From contig CAJWHN010000003.1 in NCBI GenBank assembly GCA_913041085.1, forward strand, positions 1 through 55,183: DNA of 55,183 nucleotides, given 5' to 3'. The notes below the pieces were generated by a model. It worked only from the letters and a program-made list of their open reading frames with translations, was not told the DNA's origin and searched no databases. Origin of the DNA: an uncultured Flavobacteriales bacterium. Its GTDB lineage: Bacteria; Bacteroidota; Bacteroidia; Flavobacteriales; UBA7312. Positions 49,471 to 55,183 of this stretch are shown here, piece by piece; position 1 is the stretch's first letter; every line of letters begins with the position of its first letter. A program made the position numbers and the translations under genes.

Positions 49471-50622
49471 TTAGTTTGTAGTTGTTTGCAAATTTATACT
49501 TTTAACATGAAGAAGTACAACCATCTTTAATGTCAAATCCATAAAAATGATTTTTGCACTTCCATTTCTAGCAATGTGTTGATATGCGCGCTCTAATTCC
49601 TCAATAATTCCTATAGTATTATTTTGATGAATAAAGGGGGCAAACTTTTCGGTAAAAATGGCTTCTTCTTGTCTTACTTTTTTGATGTTATGGTGTCCAA
49701 AATTTTGAATTAAACTTTCTCTAAGCATGTGTAGAGCGTACTGTAAAAACCCCTTTTGTTGTTCTCTACCCCAAGAATTAGCAACATCTACCCAACTAAC
49801 TAAATCAACGACCTTAGCTTTATAACACATTCTCATCCAATTTTGAAATTCTTGGGTGTTTTGTTCTAATATATCATTGCCAACTAAAAAATGAATGGAC
49901 TTACCGATGTTTCCTTCAGATAGTTTTGCTGTTTCATCTGCTCGGTCTTTTTCAATGTTATATTTATCTTGAAGAAAGGTCGAAAGACTAAGCTCATCTG
50001 TTGGCTCTATATTAATGCTTTGTAATCTAGAAACTATGGTGGCTAGTAAATTTTCAGATTGACTTGTTAGCAGTATGAAGATAGTCTTTTGCGGAGGTTC
50101 TTCGAGTAATTTTAACAGTTTATTTGCTGTTGGTCCGTGCATTTTTTCACTATGCCAAATAATGACTACCCTATACGAACCTTCATAAGGTTTTAGGATT
50201 GTTTTTTTACTTAATTCATTGGCTTCATTTACACTTATAAAGCCTTGTTTATTGGTTGTGCCGATGTGTGAATACCAATCTTCTTCTGAAGGGAATGAAT
50301 TTTTCTCTAAAAATTCTCTCCAATCAGACAGAAACATATCGCTTGTTGGATGAGTCCCACGGCCTGTAACAACAGGAAATATCCAATGTAAATCTGGGTG
50401 GCTTAGTTTAGCAATTTTAAGACAGGAAGGGCATTGACCGCAAGAATCTTCTTCTGTTGGCTTAGCGCACATCAAGTATTGAGCAAAAGCCCACGCCATT
50501 GCTAAGCTGGAAGAACCATCATTACCTAAGAACAAATGGGCATGACTTAATCTATCGTTATGGATAGCTTTAAGTAATTGCTGTTTTGCTCTAGCGTTGG
50601 AAGGAATATCTCTAAAAAGCAT
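49471..50622 (-). CDS. holB: DNA polymerase III delta' subunit
   Basis: HAHLFLG, CGQCPSC, HPDLHW, ANKLLKLLEEPP, TIVSR; TACCTTTG -7 element at 50644-50651 (minus). Confidence 0.9.
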   Translation of the reverse strand: MLFRDIPSNARAKQQLLKAIHNDRLSHAHLFLGNDGSSSLAMAWAFAQYLMCAKPTEEDSCGQCPSCLKIAKLSHPDLHWIFPVVTGRGTHPTSDMFLSDWREFLEKNSFPSEEDWYSHIGTTNKQGFISVNEANELSKKTILKPYEGSYRVVIIWHSEKMHGPTANKLLKLLEEPPQKTIFILLTSQSENLLATIVSRLQSINIEPTDELSLSTFLQDKYNIEKDRADETAKLSEGNIGKSIHFLVGNDILEQNTQEFQNWMRMCYKAKVVDLVSWVDVANSWGREQQKGFLQYALHMLRESLIQNFGHHNIKKVRQEEAIFTEKFAPFIHQNNTIGIIEELERAYQHIARNGSAKIIFMDLTLKMVVLLHVKSINLQTTTN

Positions 50623-50710
50623 AGTTGTGTCTTTCTAACTCATCAAAGGTAGTGAATAAATCTTTTTTAGATTACTTAAAGAAAATATACATTTGCCTAA
50701 ATTTTCACCA

Positions 50711-51901
50711 ATGAAACACTTAGATTCTTTTCCTTTTCAAAACCAACGATTTCTTATTAGGGTAGACTACAATGTACCGATGGATTCAGATTTAAATATC
50801 ACTGATGACACCAGAATGAGAGCAACTTTACCCACTATAAATAAAATTATTTCTTCGGGGGGTTCTGTTGTCTTAATGTCTCACAGGGGCAGACCAAAAG
50901 GTCAAGACGATAGTTTGTCGATGCGTCATTTAGTAGCACACTTAAGCGACTTATTATCACAAGAGGTTAAATTCATTGACCAATGTGTTGGTGACAAGGC
51001 AACAAAAGCCAGTAAATCCCTAAAAAGTGGAGAGGTTTTGTTAGTTGAAAATTTACGTTTTCATACTGAAGAAACAGCTGGAGATATAGACTTCGCCAAA
51101 CAACTTTCAGAGTTGGGTGATGTTTATGTAAATGATGCTTTTGGTACTGCTCATAGAGCCCATGCGTCAACAGCAGTTATTGCTCAGTTTTTTAAGCAAA
51201 ACAAATGCTTTGGCTATGTTATGGCTAATGAAATAGAAAACATTGATAAGGTCGTTGGGGGAGCAAAAAAACCGTTTACAGCCATAATGGGTGGGGCAAA
51301 AGTTTCATCTAAAATTACCATAATACTAAGAATGCTTGAAGAAGTTGATAACTTGATTATTGGAGGAGGAATGACCTATACTTTTGTCAAGGCCATGGGA
51401 GGAGAAGTAGGTAATTCATTAGTTGAAGAAGATAAATTAGATTTAGCCCTTGAAATTATTGAGACCGCTAAATCAAAAGGCGTTAGACTTTGTATTCCTA
51501 CGGACTCTATGAATGCGGATAAATTTGATAATGACGCTAATAAAGAATATTCTTTAGTAGGTAATGTTCCAGAGGGTTTTATGGGTTTAGACATAGGTCA
51601 TCAGACGGCTCAGCAATTTAACGAAGTAATAGAGCAATCAGCCACAGTATTATGGAATGGTCCAATGGGTGTTTTTGAGATGGAAAACTTTTCTCAAGGG
51701 ACAAAAGCTATTGCCGATGCATTAGTTAGTGCCACACAAAAAGGAGCGTTTACATTAGTAGGAGGAGGTGATTCTGTTGCAGCTATTAACAAATATAATT
51801 TGTCTGACAAGGTGAGTTATGTTTCTACTGGCGGAGGGGCTATGCTTGAATATTTAGAAGGTAAAGCACTACCAGGAATTGCAGCTATAACTCAAGATTA
51901 A
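50711..51901 (+). CDS. pgk: Phosphoglycerate kinase
   Basis: RVDYNVP, SHRGRP, ENLRFH, DAFGTAHRAH, GGAKVS, STGGGA; TACATTTG at 50688-50695 supports ATG 50711. Confidence 0.97.
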   Translation: MKHLDSFPFQNQRFLIRVDYNVPMDSDLNITDDTRMRATLPTINKIISSGGSVVLMSHRGRPKGQDDSLSMRHLVAHLSDLLSQEVKFIDQCVGDKATKASKSLKSGEVLLVENLRFHTEETAGDIDFAKQLSELGDVYVNDAFGTAHRAHASTAVIAQFFKQNKCFGYVMANEIENIDKVVGGAKKPFTAIMGGAKVSSKITIILRMLEEVDNLIIGGGMTYTFVKAMGGEVGNSLVEEDKLDLALEIIETAKSKGVRLCIPTDSMNADKFDNDANKEYSLVGNVPEGFMGLDIGHQTAQQFNEVIEQSATVLWNGPMGVFEMENFSQGTKAIADALVSATQKGAFTLVGGGDSVAAINKYNLSDKVSYVSTGGGAMLEYLEGKALPGIAAITQD

Positions 51902-52433
51902 TTTTTTCTTCCGCATCTTTCCATATTTTATCCGCTTCTTTAATCAAGGAGTCTCTATCTTTTACATTCGGCATGATAGAGGGAATCATATTGGAAATAG
52001 GTTTATACAATACAGATTGTTTCTTTTGTTCTATTGGAATCAACTTTAAGTAGTAGTCAAAGGTATTGATAATGAGTAGCAAGGCGCTAAGTATAAATGC
52101 GGTTTTAAATACACCGAATACACCCCCCAACAAGCGACTAATTAATCCTAAAGCAACGGCTTTTACAATTTTATCAATAATAAAGCCTACAAGTTTTACA
52201 GCCAGAACAATAACAACAAAAGTGATAGCAAAAGAGACTATTGGTAGAAAAGAAGATTCTATGGCAAATTGCTCTTTTAAATAAGGGTGAATGTTGTCTG
52301 CAAAATGAACAGCACCATAAATACCAGCTATTAAAGCTATTAAAGCAGCTAATTCTTTTACAATGCCTTTACTTATCCCTTTGTATAAACCCCATAGTAA
52401 GGGAATAGCTAAAATGATATCTAAATAATTCAT
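51885..52433 (-). CDS. CvpA (colicin V production) family membrane protein
   Basis: MNYLDII...KGISKGIVKE, RLLGGVFG. Confidence 0.88.
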   Translation of the reverse strand: MNYLDIILAIPLLWGLYKGISKGIVKELAALIALIAGIYGAVHFADNIHPYLKEQFAIESSFLPIVSFAITFVVIVLAVKLVGFIIDKIVKAVALGLISRLLGGVFGVFKTAFILSALLLIINTFDYYLKLIPIEQKKQSVLYKPISNMIPSIMPNVKDRDSLIKEADKIWKDAEEKINLEL

Positions 52434-52440
52434 AAGACTT

Positions 52441-52457
52441 CAAAAGTAGTATTTTTG
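52441..52457. promoter_or_regulatory. Back-to-back divergent -7 elements
   Basis: CAAAAGTA (minus strand TACTTTTG) 52441-52448 and TATTTTTG 52450-52457 within a 28 bp spacer. Confidence 0.55.
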
Positions 52458-52461
52458 TGCT

Positions 52462-52788
52462 ATGGAAAATAGCTTAGATAAAAATTGGAAAGATTTAGTT
52501 GTAAAATTAAGTCATCGATTTGGTGAGGGCTTAGATTTACAAGCCATATTATTTCTTATTGGCTTACAAGAATTGGGTCAAGGCTATCAAAAACTAACTA
52601 AAAATCAAAAGCTAGACGTTATACATGTCGCAGTTTGCGCTTTACTAAGTCAGTGGGGGATTTATGAATTCGCAGGACACGATGAAGAAGGTTGGCCTCA
52701 TTGGAAAGCTACAGATAAGCTGCCAAGTATGAATGCTAAGCAACAAGATGAAATGATAAAAGAGGCTATTATAGAATACTTTAACTAG
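52462..52788 (+). CDS. Conserved hypothetical protein (Bacteroidota)
   Basis: DLQAILFLIGLQELG...KLDVIHVAVC...DEEGWPHW...IIEYF. Confidence 0.8.
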   Translation: MENSLDKNWKDLVVKLSHRFGEGLDLQAILFLIGLQELGQGYQKLTKNQKLDVIHVAVCALLSQWGIYEFAGHDEEGWPHWKATDKLPSMNAKQQDEMIKEAIIEYFN

Positions 52789-53153
52789 TTCAGTGGTAGT
52801 ATTTCTATATTTTTATAAATTGTTTTTCCTCGCATCAAACGAATAACAGTGGTCCCATAAAGAAGGGTGTCAGCTGACGTAGACTCAGATAATGTGTAGG
52901 CCTCAACGTTCATTAAGGCTTCAAGTTCAAGAACATGTTCTGTTTGTCCATTGAAGTCAGATACTAAAGTGCTAACAACATTCGTTTGAGTTACACCGAC
53001 TATATCTTCTTGGTATAGTTTTACGATTGCACCACTAACAGTATTACCTTCCGAATCATAAACGGTAACAATGCCTTTAGTTAAGGGTTCTTCGTAGCAC
53101 GACGACATAGAAAATAGGGTAATAATAACAATCAGCAGTCTACTTATCTTCAT
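52785..53153 (-). CDS. Hypothetical lipoprotein (carboxypeptidase-regulatory/prealbumin-like fold possible)
   Basis: MSSC lipobox; VYDSEGNTVSGAIVKLY, SDFNG. Confidence 0.7.
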   Translation of the reverse strand: MKISRLLIVIITLFSMSSCYEEPLTKGIVTVYDSEGNTVSGAIVKLYQEDIVGVTQTNVVSTLVSDFNGQTEHVLELEALMNVEAYTLSESTSADTLLYGTTVIRLMRGKTIYKNIEILPLN

Positions 53154-53205
53154 TTTGTAAATGATTATTTGTTAATTTGCTTATCCAAACAAAGATAGTA
53201 ATTAT

Positions 53206-53856
53206 ATGAAACCAATTTTAATAGCTGTATTTGCTCTAACGTTTAGTCTTTTAGCACACTCGCAAGAGCGAGTAAAAGTGAAAATATCAACTAAATATGG
53301 CGACATGGTCGCAGAGCTTTATGATGAAACTCCCATTCATAGGGATAATTTTATAAAGTTGGTAAAAGAAGGTTTTTATGATGGGATACTTTTCCATAGG
53401 GTTATCCCTGGATTTATGATTCAAGGTGGCGACCCCGTTTCTAAAGGCGACACACCAAATTCAAGAATAGGAAATGGTGGACCAGGGTACACTTTGCCAG
53501 CAGAGTTTAACACCCAATTTTTTCATAAAAAAGGGGCACTCGCAGCAGCACGAATGGGTGATGCTGTTAATCCTAAAAAGGAGTCTTCGGGTTCACAGTT
53601 TTATATCGTTGAAGGTCAAGTATATGATAACAACACCATTGATCTTTTTGCAAAAAGAATGGGAGCCGAATTTAGTCCTGCTCAGAAAAAAGCCTATACG
53701 ACCGTTGGAGGCACTCCACATTTAGATGCTAACTATACCGTCTTTGGTGAGTTAGTGGAGGGACTAGAAATTATCTCAAAAATATCCAATGTTACTAGAG
53801 ATAAAAATAACTTGCCTAAGGATAAATTAATTATGAATATAAGCATTGTCAAATAG
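53206..53856 (+). CDS. Cyclophilin-type peptidyl-prolyl cis-trans isomerase
   Basis: FHRVIPGFMIQGGD, GALAAAR, SGSQFYIV, YTVFG. Confidence 0.95.
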   Translation: MKPILIAVFALTFSLLAHSQERVKVKISTKYGDMVAELYDETPIHRDNFIKLVKEGFYDGILFHRVIPGFMIQGGDPVSKGDTPNSRIGNGGPGYTLPAEFNTQFFHKKGALAAARMGDAVNPKKESSGSQFYIVEGQVYDNNTIDLFAKRMGAEFSPAQKKAYTTVGGTPHLDANYTVFGELVEGLEIISKISNVTRDKNNLPKDKLIMNISIVK

Positions 53857-54876
53857 ATGTTAGATAAAGTAAAGGTTTTACTAGACGAGGTATCATCCTA
53901 TTCCCCTAAAAATCCAGAAGAATTAGAACAGTTTCGAATCCAATACCTTGGTAAAAAAGGTAAGATGAATGATTTGTTTGCGGCTTTTAAAGAAGTGCCA
54001 AACGACCAAAAGAAGGCTTTTGGCCAAGCTTTAAATCAGCTTAAACAAGCTATTCAGGATAAATTAGATGAAGGAAAGGCTAGTTTTTCTGAAAACACTC
54101 AACAATCTTCAGGCTTAGATTTATCTAGACCTATGTCTGCAGACCAACTAGGTAGTAGACACCCCTTATCATTGGTGAGAAATGAAATTGCTGAGATTTT
54201 TAAGCGCATAGGCTTTACCCTTTCTGAAGGTCCTGAAATCGAAGACGATTGGCACAATTTTACTGCTCTTAACTTGCCTGACGAACATCCTGCAAGAGAT
54301 ATGCAGGATACCTTTTTTATTCAGCAAAACCCAGATATTTTATTGAGAACACATACCTCCTCAGTTCAAGTTAGGTTTATGGAAAACAACCAACCTCCCA
54401 TTAGAACATTATCTCCAGGCAGAGTATATAGAAACGAAGCCATATCCGCTAGAGCACACTGTATCTTTCATCAAGTAGAGGGTTTATATATTGATAACGA
54501 TGTTTCTTTTGCCGACCTTAAACAAACGCTACTTTATTTTGCAAAAGAGATGTTTGGGGACAAGACAGAGATTCGTTTACGACCGTCTTATTTTCCCTTT
54601 ACAGAACCTAGTGCTGAGGTAGATGTTTCTTGTAATATATGCTCAGGCAAGGGCTGTAATGTATGTAAGTATACGGGTTACCTAGAAATATTAGGTTGCG
54701 GTATGGTAGACCCCAACGTTCTTAAGAATTGCGGCATTGACCCTAATGTTTATACAGGCTTTGCTTTTGGTATGGGGATAGAGCGTATAGCTATGCTTAA
54801 ATACCAAGTCAAAGACTTGCGTTTGTTTTTTGAAAATGATGTTCGTTTTCTTGAACAATTCAAATCTACGTTTTAG
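53857..54876 (+). CDS. pheS: Phenylalanine--tRNA ligase alpha subunit
   Basis: HPARDMQDTF, LRTHTS, FHQVEG, FPFTEPSAE, GFAFGMGIER. Confidence 0.97.
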   Translation: MLDKVKVLLDEVSSYSPKNPEELEQFRIQYLGKKGKMNDLFAAFKEVPNDQKKAFGQALNQLKQAIQDKLDEGKASFSENTQQSSGLDLSRPMSADQLGSRHPLSLVRNEIAEIFKRIGFTLSEGPEIEDDWHNFTALNLPDEHPARDMQDTFFIQQNPDILLRTHTSSVQVRFMENNQPPIRTLSPGRVYRNEAISARAHCIFHQVEGLYIDNDVSFADLKQTLLYFAKEMFGDKTEIRLRPSYFPFTEPSAEVDVSCNICSGKGCNVCKYTGYLEILGCGMVDPNVLKNCGIDPNVYTGFAFGMGIERIAMLKYQVKDLRLFFENDVRFLEQFKSTF

Positions 54877-54887
54877 TTAGAAGCGTA

Positions 54888-55181
54888 TCAACCTTTTATT
54901 TTTCTATCCTTGAATTGTTTTTGACAAGGAATTGCCCATAGGCTTTTTGATTTTAGCAACTCAATAAACAATCGGTCACTTTGTCCTTTACCAAACGGAA
55001 GTTTTTGGTCATTACTTTCTTTTTCTTTAGCCTTTTGTATAGCCGAAATTATATCGTTTTTATTGTAGCTAGTGTGTATGATACTTTCAGACTTTGCTCT
55101 ATTGAGTTGTCGGTTACCAATATCAATACTGTTCACCCCATAATAAGGAGCTTCCCTAACACCAGCGCTACTATTACCAAT
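54888..55181 (-). CDS. neuC: UDP-N-acetylglucosamine 2-epimerase (hydrolysing, NeuC-like), C-terminal part (5' end outside window)
   Basis: IGNSSAGVREAPYYGVNSIDIGNRQLNR...FGKG..QKQF. Confidence 0.82.
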   Translation of the reverse strand: MGNSSAGVREAPYYGVNSIDIGNRQLNRAKSESIIHTSYNKNDIISAIQKAKEKESNDQKLPFGKGQSDRLFIELLKSKSLWAIPCQKQFKDRKIKG

Positions 55182-55183
55182 AA

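Noticed and set aside
47828-50622. holB-ricT-gldH-PBP1A cluster as a novel system
   Set aside because: The ricT-gldH-PBP1A order is familiar in Bacteroidota and holB-ricT linkage is widespread; nothing unusual seen
1407-53725. Numerous 60-114 aa ORFs antisense to or out of frame within long genes (e.g. 18578-18883, 37454-38059, 47293-47598, 48084-48428)
   Set aside because: Shadow ORFs of well-supported genes with no motifs of their own

Overview
A 55 kb chromosomal segment from an AT-rich Bacteroidota bacterium, most like free-living or marine Flavobacteriales. The evidence is T9SS cargo genes, gldH, TAnnTTTG -7 promoters, and the acpP-fabF-rnc-IPExxxVDY-pyk and ileS-dksA-lspA gene orders. 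Most of the window is housekeeping genes, with two tRNA loci and no recognisable integrase, transposase, prophage or CRISPR array. Highlights: (1) a T9SS-secreted lysyl-oxidase-type copper/LTQ enzyme with intact catalytic motifs, next to a c-type-heme lipoprotein, a DUF5777-like barrel and a secreted beta-propeller; (2) a 450 bp very AT-rich rpiB-rnr spacer with repeated TTATTAACA-like 9-mers and a box-GCC-(TAT/TAA)n arrangement, a candidate oriC at a strand-skew switch whose polarity is the one usually seen at a terminus; (3) two tandem ~141 bp non-coding units with promoter, hairpins and a covarying terminator, a candidate sRNA pair; (4) several unannotated gene relics (moeA, a secreted protein N-terminus, a hydrolase tail, two T9SS-like tails, a structurally damaged tRNA-Ala), consistent with ongoing genome streamlining; (5) a Kunitz-domain lipoprotein, a GIHH-type IleRS2 and scattered sulfotransferase/flippase genes. 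All product calls come from recognising motifs by eye; no database searches were run.
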